Virus record (IMG/VR): IMGVR_UViG_2845838682_000001
Origin: a virus
Taxonomy: Duplodnaviria; Caudoviricetes
Strand: one strand, 5' to 3'
DNA: 64,000 bases
Both the position numbers and the translations under genes were made by a program. The notes beneath the pieces were generated by a model. It was not told the origin of the DNA. It was given only the letters and a program-made list of their open reading frames with translations, and searched no databases. Below, one piece after another: positions 9,509 to 18,270 of the stretch. Positions within the stretch are counted from its first letter, which is position 1. Each line of letters opens with the position of its first letter.

Positions 9509-9883
9509 TCAGCGCGGGTCGGCCTCACCTCCCGCCACGAGGTCCGCGAACTCCTCGGCGAGGTCGTTGATGCGGCACTCCAGGTCGTACAGCGGCCCGT
9601 CGCCGATGACGAACGCCGCCAGGTGCGCCCCTTGCTCGTCGTAGACGTCGAAGTGGGTGCCGATCCACCGGCACGACCCGACCGGAACGCCGGCGTCGCG
9701 CAGTTCCTGGCACAGCCACAACCCGACCGGGGAGTTGTCGGTGGAGTCGCGCTCGCCGACGATTCCGGCCATGCGGATCCGCGCGGCGACGTAGCCGACG
9801 GAGCGCAGGTCGCACACCATCTTGATCGCCATGAGCTGCCGGTAGGCGGCTAGGCCCGCGTCGGTGGCCATACGATTGGACAC
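9509..9883 (-). CDS. Phage hypothetical protein
   Basis: GTG 9883 with GGAG RBS; MSNRMATDAGL...; C-terminal GYVAARIRMAGIVG...LYDLE segment. Confidence 0.6.
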   Translation of the reverse strand: MSNRMATDAGLAAYRQLMAIKMVCDLRSVGYVAARIRMAGIVGERDSTDNSPVGLWLCQELRDAGVPVGSCRWIGTHFDVYDEQGAHLAAFVIGDGPLYDLECRINDLAEEFADLVAGGEADPR

Positions 9884-9966
9884 GAGATACCTCCGTAGTG
9901 CTGGAAACTGCCGGTGTCTCACCAGGCCCTGGTCGGCGGTGGAGTCGCCTCGCCAGGGCCGCTCTT

Positions 9967-10200
9967 CTACTCGTCGCGGCCGAGCAGCCCGAGGGCATGC
10001 TGCTGCTGGGCCCAGTACTCTTCCCACGAGCACACGCCGCCGTCGTAGGCATCGCGGTGCGATGCGCAGAAGAGGTCGTCGGCGGGCGGCCGCCCGCACT
10101 CCGCCGCTCCGACATCCCACAGGCACGCGGCCGCAGTCGGCGGGTCCTCGCCGGTAGTCCGGTCGATCTCGCGGACCAGGTAGTAGGGCATCGGGGTCAT
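9967..10200 (-). CDS. Small Cys-containing hypothetical protein
   Basis: Coupled to the upstream gene; C...C...C..H pattern. Confidence 0.5.
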   Translation of the reverse strand: MTPMPYYLVREIDRTTGEDPPTAAACLWDVGAAECGRPPADDLFCASHRDAYDGGVCSWEEYWAQQQHALGLLGRDE

Positions 10201-10529
10201 TGCGGCGCCAGGAGTTGCCCCGACTGGGCGAGGGGGAGGTCGATCGGTGCGCCCTCGGGCGTGTGTGCGCACAACACCACGAGGCCGCGGCACTGCTGCC
10301 ACGGGTAGCCGTTGCGGCGCAGGAGCGCTGTCGCGATCGGATTGATCGGCTGACCGCTGTCGTGGGCGTCGGCGTCGAAGTACACGTCGGTGCGGACGTT
10401 AAGCGGGAGTACGTCGAGGACGGTGCACGCGATCGTCCGGTGCAGAGCGGCGAGCCGGGCGATGTCACTGTCGGGCAGCGAGATTTCGGTAATGGGGCCG
10501 TCGGGGCGGAGCTGCAGCACGATGCTCAT
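10197..10529 (-). CDS. DUF3846-like protein
   Basis: LQLRPDG start, NPIATALL, RGLVVL...G..IDL pattern. Confidence 0.65.
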   Translation of the reverse strand: MSIVLQLRPDGPITEISLPDSDIARLAALHRTIACTVLDVLPLNVRTDVYFDADAHDSGQPINPIATALLRRNGYPWQQCRGLVVLCAHTPEGAPIDLPLAQSGQLLAPQ

Positions 10530-10598
10530 GGCCGGGGGCTCCTTTCGGGGTTCCGGGGTCGCCCCGCAGGACGGGCGGGGCGGCCGGTCCGGTGTGGG

Positions 10599-10892
10599 TC
10601 AGGCGGCGGCGCGCAGCAGCCGGGCCAGCTCGGTCATGTGCTGCGCGACGTCGCGGGGCGCGAAGTGCGCTTCCTGGTCGAGGCAGGCGGCGGCGCCGGT
10701 GACGTGGTCGACGCGGTGCGGGTGACCGTCGTAGCGGCCCTGTTCCAGCTCCGCGGCGGTGGAGAGGGCGACGTTGACGAAGTAGCCGTGGCTGGGATAG
10801 CCGGGCGCCAGAGTGCGGGCGTAGGTCTCGATGGGCTGGCGGGCGGCGGTGACGGCCGCGGTGTCGGTGGTGGCGCACTCGCTCATGTTCAT
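10599..10892 (-). CDS. Hypothetical protein, probably from a leaderless mRNA
   Basis: ATG lies 6 nt downstream of the TATGAT -10 box. Confidence 0.6.
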   Translation of the reverse strand: MNMSECATTDTAAVTAARQPIETYARTLAPGYPSHGYFVNVALSTAAELEQGRYDGHPHRVDHVTGAAACLDQEAHFAPRDVAQHMTELARLLRAAA

Positions 10893-10927
10893 ATCTTTAT
10901 CATAATTAATTATGAACATGAAATCAA
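10890..10927 (-). promoter_or_regulatory. Conserved element promoter, copy 1 (TTGATT-N17-TATGAT)
   Basis: -35 at 10922-10927, -10 at 10899-10904; overlaps the perfect palindrome TCATAATTAATTATGA (10900-10915). Confidence 0.8.
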
Positions 10928-11004
10928 GTGGTTTGTGTGTCCCCCCGGCCGGGCCAGCAAGAATGGAGATCCCAGCCGATCCCACGAAGCGAGGAAACGC
11001 CCGT

Positions 11005-11376
11005 ATGACCACGACATCCAACGCCCTCAACGTCGACCCCGCCCCGCTCATCGGCAGCCACGTCCGCGTCACCACCGACACCGCCACCTGCACCGGACGG
11101 CTCACCGACGCCACCACCGACGCCCTGCACGTCCAGACCAGCGAGACCAAACCGCCCGCGATCATCAAACGCGCCACCGTCACCGGACTCGACGACCTCA
11201 GCGCCGACCAGGCCGACACGGCGCCGCCACCGGCCTCCGCCGCCCACTACCGGGCCGAAGCCGACCGGCTGCGCGCCGCTGCCCGCACCTGCGAGACCCA
11301 CCACGCGCGAATGGAACTCCTGTCCGAGGCGCAGGTCGCCGCGACCCTCGCCCTCAGCTACCGCGAGGCCACCTGA
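11005..11376 (+). CDS. Hypothetical protein (Sm/LSm-like beta N-terminus possible)
   Basis: RBS GAGGA; LIGSHVRVTTDTATCTGRL. Confidence 0.55.
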   Translation: MTTTSNALNVDPAPLIGSHVRVTTDTATCTGRLTDATTDALHVQTSETKPPAIIKRATVTGLDDLSADQADTAPPPASAAHYRAEADRLRAAARTCETHHARMELLSEAQVAATLALSYREAT

Positions 11377-11395
11377 AACCCGCCCCCCACACAGA

Positions 11396-11440
11396 ACGAG
11401 GCCCCCGGACCGGGAGAGGAAATCGGTCCGGGGGCCTCGT
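11396..11440 (+). terminator. Long inverted repeat/terminator
   Basis: ACGAGGCCCCCGGACCG / CGGTCCGGGGGCCTCGT 17-bp stem. Confidence 0.75.
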
Positions 11441-11585
11441 CATTCCCCCTCAACGGTGGCCACCAGGAGCACAAGGCCAACCACATGCTCCACGATAGCC
11501 GATCGACATCGGATCGCCCTAGTCAATACGCATAAGGCATAATCCCATTTAGGGATAGACCACACGAAAGCCACGGGGGTGCCGG

Positions 11586-11882
11586 TTGGATGGCTCGGCG
11601 ATCGCAGACCTCATCCCCTGGGCGGATGTGGGTCTGACCGGGCTCGTCAGCATCGGCGTCGTCATGATCCTCACCGGCCGGCTTGTTCCGCGCAGCACCG
11701 TGCAGGAGATGCGCCACGAGCGCGATGCCCGCCTCTCCGACCTCCGTGCCGCCTACGACGCATCCGAAGAGGCCCGCCGGATCCAGGGCGAGCAGCTCGG
11801 GGAGCTGCTGGAAACCTCCCGCACCAACGCCGAGCTGCTCGAAGGGCTCCGCCAGGGCCACGACCCCGGGGGGCGCCAGTGA
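11586..11882 (+). CDS. Lysis-cassette membrane protein (single TM + coiled coil)
   Basis: TM followed by GRLVPRSTV and a coiled coil, typical of actinophage lysis regions. Confidence 0.7.
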   Translation: MDGSAIADLIPWADVGLTGLVSIGVVMILTGRLVPRSTVQEMRHERDARLSDLRAAYDASEEARRIQGEQLGELLETSRTNAELLEGLRQGHDPGGRQ

Positions 11883-12100
11883 AGTGGCCCTGGCGCGTCA
11901 CCGCCGCACAGCACCCGCCGCCGGTCTCCGCCGAGGAGGCCCGCGAGGCGCGCCGCTGCGCCGAGCAGGCCCGCGACGAAGCACGCGCACGCACCCCCGA
12001 AGTCCGCAACGTGGTCGGCCGGCTGCGGCACCAACGCCGCCGAAACCACTTCTCCGAGCTGATCGTCAACGCGCTGCAACCGAGGAGAGACGGGCGATGA
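11879..12100 (+). CDS. Lysis-associated small protein
   Basis: MKWPW...RRNHFSELI pattern common next to actinophage holins. Confidence 0.65.
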   Translation: MKWPWRVTAAQHPPPVSAEEAREARRCAEQARDEARARTPEVRNVVGRLRHQRRRNHFSELIVNALQPRRDGR

Positions 12101-12420
12101 TCTGGCTGGCGCACCTACTCGGCAACGTCCTGCTCGGCGCGCTCGCGTGCGTCTGGGCGGCCTTCGCCCTCACGTTTTTCCTCCGCGCCCGCTGGGAGGC
12201 CACCCCCATCGGCCGGAGCCTGATGGCCTTCGCCCTGGTCGTCGTGATGCTCACCGGCCTCGGGGTGCTCCGGCAGAGCATCGGCGACACCCCCGTGTTC
12301 GCCTGGCTGCGCGCCGCCGCCCTCGCCGGCGCGGCGCTCCTCTCCGCACGGTTCCTCGTGCTGCTGATCGCCACCCAGCGGCCCGAACGCCGCCCCCCGG
12401 ACCCCCCGACTGAGATGTGA
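12097..12420 (+). CDS. Putative phage holin (3 TM)
   Basis: W..TPIGRSLMA pattern; three hydrophobic helices. Confidence 0.7.
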   Translation: MIWLAHLLGNVLLGALACVWAAFALTFFLRARWEATPIGRSLMAFALVVVMLTGLGVLRQSIGDTPVFAWLRAAALAGAALLSARFLVLLIATQRPERRPPDPPTEM

Positions 12421-12445
12421 CATCCCCCCGGACCTGGAGGACACC

Positions 12446-12625
12446 GTGACCGATCCCCGCCCGATACCGCCGGACGGCGACATCACCCAGGAAGAACAGG
12501 CCGCAGTGCTGCGCCGCACCGACAACGGGCCTTCCGAACCCGACGAAGAGGCACTGCTAGCCGCCGAATTCGGCCAGCCCGACGAGAACGGCGTCTACGG
12601 CGCACCCCAGGGTGAGAACGCATGA
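12446..12625 (+). CDS. Small acidic protein upstream of the endolysin (not in ORF track)
   Basis: RBS GGAGG, GTG 12446; 59 aa with EPDEEALLAAEFGQPDENGVY; ATGA overlap with the endolysin. Confidence 0.7.
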   Translation: MTDPRPIPPDGDITQEEQAAVLRRTDNGPSEPDEEALLAAEFGQPDENGVYGAPQGENA

Positions 12626-13779
12626 GCGGCGCCGACGCGATGATCACCCGCGCCGAGAAAGACCTCGGCCTGGGAGAACCGAACTACATCCAGGACTGGT
12701 ACGAGAGCCGCAACGGCTCCGCGTACTCCTACAACTTCCCCTGGTGCAACGCGGCCATTACCCGATGGGCCTACGACTCAGAGAACCACCCGCCCGTCTG
12801 CTACGGGTCCGACTACGCCTACACCGTGGCCCATGCCCAGCGCGCCAAGAACGAAGGCGACTGGCACTACGGCGCCGCCGGGATCCGCAAAGGCGACGTC
12901 TACTTCGTCGACTGGAACTACGGCAACGCGATCTCGGTGATCGACCACGTCGGCGTCGCCACCCGGCCCCTCAAAAACGGCTACGTCTACGGCATCGAAG
13001 GCAACACCGCCAACCGGTGCCTGCGCCGCGTGCGGCGCCAATCCCTGATCGTCGGCTACATCCGGCCCCGCTACAGCGCCACCAGCAGCGGCGGCGCCCG
13101 CACCGAAGGAGAAGAGGACGTGCCTGATTTCCGCTGGTACGCCACCGACGGCGGCCAGACCATCCCGCCGAACGAATGGACTTCCGTCGAATGGGAGAAC
13201 ACCCAGGAGGACGGTCCTGGAACCTACTGGAGCGTGGTCTTCGGCGCCGAAAACGGGACCACCTACAACCTGATGGCGGGGGTCACGCTCGACGGCCTGC
13301 CGGAGGGCGCGCGCGTGCAGCTGTGCGCCGTCCACCTGGCCAAGGAGGGCGGTCTCGACCTGCCCGACGGGATCCTGAAGAACGGCGCCCGTGGCGCGAA
13401 AGTCCGCCGCGTCCAGGAATGGCTGGACGACCACGGCTACGACCTGGGCCACTGGGGCGCCGACAGCAAGTACGGCAGCAAGACCGAGGCAGCCGTATGG
13501 GCCTTCCAGGAGGACGCCGGCATCGTCGTGGATGGCGAGTACGGGCCCCAGACCGAAGAGGCCATGGAACACCGGTCCGGCACCGCCAACTGGGTCACCA
13601 AGCACTGGTTCGCTCCCAGCACCCCTGGTATCGCGGATCCCTCCGGGGCGGCGGACGTGACCTACTCGATCCCCGAGCGAATCCTCAAGGGCAAGCGCGT
13701 CCGAATCCGCATCCGCCACGACAGCGACAAGCCCGCCCGAGTCGCGTCGGGCAACGTCTACATCCACGAATGGCAGTAA
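12622..13779 (+). CDS. Endolysin: CHAP domain + peptidoglycan-binding domain
   Basis: PWCNAAITRWA / DHVG / IEGNT CHAP motifs; VRRVQEWL...TEAAVWAFQ...VDGEYGPQT PG_binding_1 repeat. Confidence 0.9.
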   Translation: MSGADAMITRAEKDLGLGEPNYIQDWYESRNGSAYSYNFPWCNAAITRWAYDSENHPPVCYGSDYAYTVAHAQRAKNEGDWHYGAAGIRKGDVYFVDWNYGNAISVIDHVGVATRPLKNGYVYGIEGNTANRCLRRVRRQSLIVGYIRPRYSATSSGGARTEGEEDVPDFRWYATDGGQTIPPNEWTSVEWENTQEDGPGTYWSVVFGAENGTTYNLMAGVTLDGLPEGARVQLCAVHLAKEGGLDLPDGILKNGARGAKVRRVQEWLDDHGYDLGHWGADSKYGSKTEAAVWAFQEDAGIVVDGEYGPQTEEAMEHRSGTANWVTKHWFAPSTPGIADPSGAADVTYSIPERILKGKRVRIRIRHDSDKPARVASGNVYIHEWQ

Positions 13780-13790
13780 AGGGAGTGCTG

Positions 13791-14171
13791 ATGTTCCGCA
13801 TTTTCGGCCGGGATCCGGCCCTATGGCTCGGCGCGCTGCGCGCCGGCCTGTACGCGCTCACGGTGTTCGCGCTGCCGCTGTCGGAGGCCCAGACCGCCGC
13901 AATCATGGCGGCCGTGGCCGCCGCTGTCGGTATCTGGGAGGCGTGGGCGGTGGCGAAGGACCGCCTGGTGCCAGCCATCAAGGGCTTCGCCGAAGCGCTG
14001 CTGGTGCTGCTGCTGGCGTTCGGCGTCGACCTGAGCGAGGCGCAGACCGCTGCGGCGATGGGCGTGGTCACCACGGCTCTGGCGTTGTGGACCCGCACCC
14101 AGGTGACCGCTGCGGTGGATGCCGACGGTCACCAGGTGCCCAAGCAGAGGGTGTTCTCCCTGGCCACCTGA
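13791..14171 (+). CDS. Holin
   Basis: MFRIFGRDPALWLG start, four TM, LSEAQTAA repeat, RTQVT end. Confidence 0.8.
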   Translation: MFRIFGRDPALWLGALRAGLYALTVFALPLSEAQTAAIMAAVAAAVGIWEAWAVAKDRLVPAIKGFAEALLVLLLAFGVDLSEAQTAAAMGVVTTALALWTRTQVTAAVDADGHQVPKQRVFSLAT

Positions 14172-14193
14172 ACCGCTGCTTCCTCGCGCGAGG

Positions 14194-14220
14194 CGCCCCG
14201 CTGCCCGTGGCAGCGGGGCG
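14194..14220. terminator. Terminator hairpin between convergent genes
   Basis: CGCCCCGCTGCC / GGCAGCGGGGCG. Confidence 0.7.
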
Positions 14221-14243
14221 CCGTTTCGTCCACCCGTCCGGGG

Positions 14244-14882
14244 CTAGGACGTCGCTTCGATCACCGCGAAGTCCGGCGCCTCATAGGACATCAGCTCCAC
14301 GACCGTGAACTCGACATCGGTGGGCACTTCGAACACCACGTCGTACTCCGTGGTCGTACCCGGATTGGTCTCGTCGGCGAAGCTGCAGATGTCCATGTGG
14401 GTCTCGAACGCCCGGCCGTCGGCGGAGTAGCCGCGGACCTCACCCGGGTCCACAGCGGGCATGGACGCCGCCTGGCCGACGTTTTCCGCCCTGATGTCCA
14501 TGACGAGGAACCGGGCGCCCTCGGCGGGTTGGTAGTTCGATCCGCAGTCCTGGTCGTTGTAGCTGTCGGCCGCCTTGATACCGGTGATGGTGTACTCGAA
14601 CAGGCCGTCGCTGGGAGTGTCGGTGGGTTCGGGCGGGCCCGCGGGCTCGGCCGGAGCCGGGTTCCCACCGTCACCACCTGCGGGGTCGGCGAGGTCCTGG
14701 CCGATGTCCTCTGCGGCCTGCTCGAAGGTGGATGCGAGGTAGCGCTGGTAGGAGAACCATCCGGCGCCGAACCCCAGCCCGCCGCCCACGACGAGGGCGA
14801 TGGCGGCGGTGATGATCAGCGGAAGATACGACGGGGTGCGACGGGCGGGCGGTGCGGGCGGCGGGGCGTCGGGTGCGGCCAT
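14244..14882 (-). CDS. DUF4352-like membrane-anchored protein
   Basis: N-terminal TM; Ig-like FLVMDIRAENVG...NPG...VVFEVP. Confidence 0.75.
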   Translation of the reverse strand: MAAPDAPPPAPPARRTPSYLPLIITAAIALVVGGGLGFGAGWFSYQRYLASTFEQAAEDIGQDLADPAGGDGGNPAPAEPAGPPEPTDTPSDGLFEYTITGIKAADSYNDQDCGSNYQPAEGARFLVMDIRAENVGQAASMPAVDPGEVRGYSADGRAFETHMDICSFADETNPGTTTEYDVVFEVPTDVEFTVVELMSYEAPDFAVIEATS

Positions 14883-15175
14883 CGGGGGATCTCTCCTGCT
14901 CAGTCCATGGACGGGGCGCGATTCGCGCTGATGGCTGAACGCTAGCGACCTCGTGTGCTGCGGCGCCGGATGTTGGTGCAGGTCGGCCGCATCGGGCCAG
15001 GAAGACAACCGGGTTGGGCATCCGCGCGTCTCTGGCCCCGACTCTCATCTGCGGCTTTCCCGCTATGTCCGGGGCGGTCGGCGTCGTTGCCGGCGATGTC
15101 CAGGCCCGCACGGTGGGCGTGGCCGCGTGCGGCCATTCCCGATGGATCAGCGGGTGGTCAGGCACGATGGCAGGT

Positions 15176-15397
15176 ATGAGCGAGACGGTGCGGGTGACGC
15201 TGTACGGAGGTCCGCTGGATGGCGAGGTGCAGGAGCACACACTCGCCGACCTGGGGCCGGACACGGCCGCGTGGGGCACCATGATGATCGTCGACGGCCC
15301 GCGGACACACCCGCGGGATCCGGCGGCGCGAGCCGTCTACGAACCCGAGCCAGGGGAGGATCCGCACGTGTGGGTGTGGCGGGGATGGTCGCCCTGA
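15176..15397 (+). CDS. Small hypothetical protein
   Basis: LYGGPLDG motif family; followed by the hairpin GAAGCCC/GGGCTTC (15405-15433). Confidence 0.6.
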   Translation: MSETVRVTLYGGPLDGEVQEHTLADLGPDTAAWGTMMIVDGPRTHPRDPAARAVYEPEPGEDPHVWVWRGWSP

Positions 15398-15588
15398 ACA
15401 GCACGAAGCCCCCACCCGCAGGTAGAGGGCTTCACGCCTGCAGAGGGAGGGACCTCAGCCGCTAGCAGCCGAGAACCCCCTCACCGAGCCCCGGAGAGCA
15501 CCGCTTGCCCTGCCTGCCCGACGACTCCCTTGAACACCACAGCCTGTGGCGGCCCGTGCTCGGCGAATGCGGAACAGGCGACGAGCAT

Positions 15589-16584
15589 TCACCGCGGGTG
15601 CGGTATCTGCACGAGTTCCCGCGCCGCCTCGGGCGCGCTGTAGCTGATGACCGCGGCAGCGCCCGAGCGGCGGTACATCGTCAACCGCTCGATCAGGTCG
15701 GCCATGTAGTCGACCGGCAGCCGCGTCCCGGAGTGGGTGAGCTGCGCCCACTCACCGGAGACGCAGAACGGCACCAGCGGCACACTGACCTGGTCATCGG
15801 CTACCAGCCGCGCGAGCAGGTCGATGGTGTGCAGCGCGGGCTCCAGCAGGATCATGTCGGCGCCCTCCTCGACCATCCGCCGGGCGACCTGCACCGCCTG
15901 CTCGGGCCGAGACGGGTGGACCTGGAAGGCTGCCCGGTTGCCCTTGGGTGCGGCGTTCATCGCCGCGCGGTAGCCGTCATACATGCGGCTCGTCATGATC
16001 AGGTGCGGCATCAGCGCCACGTCGCGGTATCCGGCGGCGTCGAGCACGTCGCGAACCCGGCCGGTCAGTCCGTCGACCATCGCGGCCGGCCCCAGGATGT
16101 CAGCGCCGGCCTCGGCCTGACGCAGCGCCTGTTCCCCGAGGACGTTGAGAGTGGCGGCGTGGTCGTAGCGGCCGTGGTCGTCGGTGAGCACGCACACCCG
16201 GGCGGCGGTGTAGGAGCACAGGCACGTCTCGGTCATCACCGCCAGGTCCGGCGCCGCGTCCTTGGCGGCCTGGATGGCGTGGATCAGCGGCGCGGCCGCC
16301 GATGCGGCGTCGCCGCCGTTCTCATCGCGGGTGCCTTCGGCGAAGATCTTCACCGCCCCAACACCCAGGCCCGCGAGTTCGCGCACGGTTGCCCCGACCT
16401 GGTCGAGGGTGACCGTCGGGACCGGGGACGCCGCTTCGCCGCGGCGCACCAGCAGCGGCATGCACAAATCGGCGGGCAGCAGCGGCTCGCGGTGGAGGAA
16501 CCGGCGCACCGCCGGGCGGGCGCGCACGGGGCTGGAGCCGGTGACGGGCTCGGTGTCGGGCAGGGGTGAGGGGCGTGTGTCCAC
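15589..16584 (-). CDS. Porphobilinogen synthase (HemB/ALAD)-like protein lacking both Schiff-base lysines
   Basis: CLCSYT...C Zn site, GADILGPAAMVDG and VSGE motifs retained; SxKxAS reads LIMTS and MVKPA reads LLEPA. Confidence 0.8.
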   Translation of the reverse strand: MDTRPSPLPDTEPVTGSSPVRARPAVRRFLHREPLLPADLCMPLLVRRGEAASPVPTVTLDQVGATVRELAGLGVGAVKIFAEGTRDENGGDAASAAAPLIHAIQAAKDAAPDLAVMTETCLCSYTAARVCVLTDDHGRYDHAATLNVLGEQALRQAEAGADILGPAAMVDGLTGRVRDVLDAAGYRDVALMPHLIMTSRMYDGYRAAMNAAPKGNRAAFQVHPSRPEQAVQVARRMVEEGADMILLEPALHTIDLLARLVADDQVSVPLVPFCVSGEWAQLTHSGTRLPVDYMADLIERLTMYRRSGAAAVISYSAPEAARELVQIPHPR

Positions 16585-16595
16585 TGTGGTTCTCC

Positions 16596-17531
16596 CTACG
16601 GTGCGGGTGTCTCCCGGATCTGGGCGAGGATGTTCTCGGCGCCCTGGTCGAGCAGGGCGGTCGCCGCCCTCTTGCCGAGGTCGGCAGGTTCAGCGAGCGT
16701 GGCGGCCTGGGCGGTGCGGAGCGCAGTGGTGCCGTCGAGGCTGGTCACCTGCGCGACGAGGCGCAGCCGGTCACCGTCCGCGGTAGCCAGCGCGCCGACC
16801 GGGACGCTGCACCCGCCGTGCAGTTCGGCGAGCAGCGACCGCTCCGCTGTCGCCGCTGCTGCGGTCGCCTCGTCATGCACCGCCGCCACGAGGGCGTATA
16901 GGTCGGTGTCGGTCTCGCGGACCTGGACGGCGATCACGCCCTGGGCGGGCGAGGGCGGGAAGGCGTCGGGATCCAGCGCCTCGGTGATCTCGTGGCCGAG
17001 GTCGAGCCGGCGTAGGCCGGCGGCGGCGAGGACGACCCCGGCGAGCCCGAGTTCGCGGCCGCGCCGCAGGCGAGGCGGGACGTTGCCGCGGATCGGCGTC
17101 GTCGCCACGTCGGGCCGAAGGGCGAGGAGTTGGGCGACGCGGCGCGGCGAGCCGGTACCGACGCGGGCGCCGACGGGCAGGTCGGCCAAGGGGGTTCCGC
17201 ACAGTGCGTCGCGCGGGTCGCCGCGCCGCGGCAGCGCGGCGATGGCGGTGCCCGGCGTCGGCGCCGTCGCCAGGTCCTTGAACGAGTGCACGGCGATGTC
17301 GATCTCTCCGGCGAGCAGCGCGTCCTCCAGAGCGGTGGCGAACACGCTCACCTCGGAGCGGCCGAGGTCGGTGAGGCTGGACTTGCGGTCGCGATCGCCG
17401 GAGGTCATCACGGTGTGCTGCTTCCACGTGATGCCGGGGTGGGCCTCGCGCAGCGGCGCGGTCACTTCGGCGACCATGGCTTTGGCGAGGTGGCTGCCGC
17501 GGGAGCCGACACGAACAACTTGTGCTGACAC
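16596..17531 (-). CDS. hemC: Hydroxymethylbilane synthase (porphobilinogen deaminase) homologue
   Basis: GSRGSHLA, TSGD, HSFKD, GTGSPRR, RGNV, PAQG, GGCSVP (cofactor Cys). Confidence 0.85.
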   Translation of the reverse strand: MSAQVVRVGSRGSHLAKAMVAEVTAPLREAHPGITWKQHTVMTSGDRDRKSSLTDLGRSEVSVFATALEDALLAGEIDIAVHSFKDLATAPTPGTAIAALPRRGDPRDALCGTPLADLPVGARVGTGSPRRVAQLLALRPDVATTPIRGNVPPRLRRGRELGLAGVVLAAAGLRRLDLGHEITEALDPDAFPPSPAQGVIAVQVRETDTDLYALVAAVHDEATAAAATAERSLLAELHGGCSVPVGALATADGDRLRLVAQVTSLDGTTALRTAQAATLAEPADLGKRAATALLDQGAENILAQIRETPAP

Positions 17532-17638
17532 CTTGTCACATCCTGTACACGTGTGGTATTGGATGCGGGTAGCGTATCGGTCGGTGAAGTCCACCGGCCG
17601 CACACACCAGGACAGTCGACGGCTTCGACGGATCCGTA

Positions 17639-17815
17639 TCAGGGCGTCGGCCGGACCTCTTTGTCCTCCCGTGTCGCACCGCACCGGCACCGGTAATGGA
17701 TCGTGACATCGGTCAGCCCGTTGCCGCGATCGCGCTCCTCGGTGCGGCCGCGCACGAAATCATGGCCGCCCCAGCGGTAGGTGCACTCTCCGGCGGGCCA
17801 GTCGGGTGTCGTCAC
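17639..17815 (-). CDS. Small Cys/His protein (not in ORF track)
   Basis: RBS GAGAGGA, GTG 17815; 58 aa MTTPDWPAGECTYRWGGHDF...YRCRCG. Confidence 0.55.
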   Translation of the reverse strand: MTTPDWPAGECTYRWGGHDFVRGRTEERDRGNGLTDVTIHYRCRCGATREDKEVRPTP

Positions 17816-17975
17816 CGCGGGGTTCCTCTCTCGTGAAGGGTGGGGCCTCTGCCCGGTGCGCGCCGTCAGACCGGGCAGAGGCGATCAAGGGAGCCATGCC
17901 GGGGAGGCGGACCCCCCGGTACGGCCGGACAGCGGCCCCGCCCCTCGGCAGCGCATACCAGAAGAGGCGGGGCCG

Positions 17976-18248
17976 GCCGGGTCCACCACCGCGGATCAGT
18001 GGGGAGGGACGGGGTGGACCCGGCGCTCAGGGGCCGCCCCGCCCCCGCGGGCGGGCGAGTGCGGGGGCGGGGCGGGTGCTGCGGCCACGGATCCGCAGCG
18101 GGACAGGGGCCGGGTCCCTCACTCCGGCCCCTTGTGGGGAGGGGCCCGCCCCACCGGAGGGCACCAAGTGGGGCGGGGCCGCCCTGCTGCGAGGGGACAG
18201 GGCGGCGTGGGGGACCGCGCGCCGGGCTCCCGTGGCGGGTCCTCCCCC
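17976..18248. repeat. Array of tandem GC-rich hairpins in non-coding DNA
   Basis: Stems 17976-87/18013-24, 18034-48/18061-75, 18078-84/18093-99, 18105-13/18124-32, 18143-54/18168-80, 18178-86/18198-206. Confidence 0.7.
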
Positions 18249-18270
18249 GACGCGCGGCCGACTGCGGCCC

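Noticed and set aside
15589-17531. hemB/hemC as the host's core heme operon, implying the prophage ends here
   Set aside because: No hemA/hemD/hemL neighbours, the HemB lacks catalytic lysines, and mobile-element genes flank both sides. A separate small island inserted here cannot be excluded.
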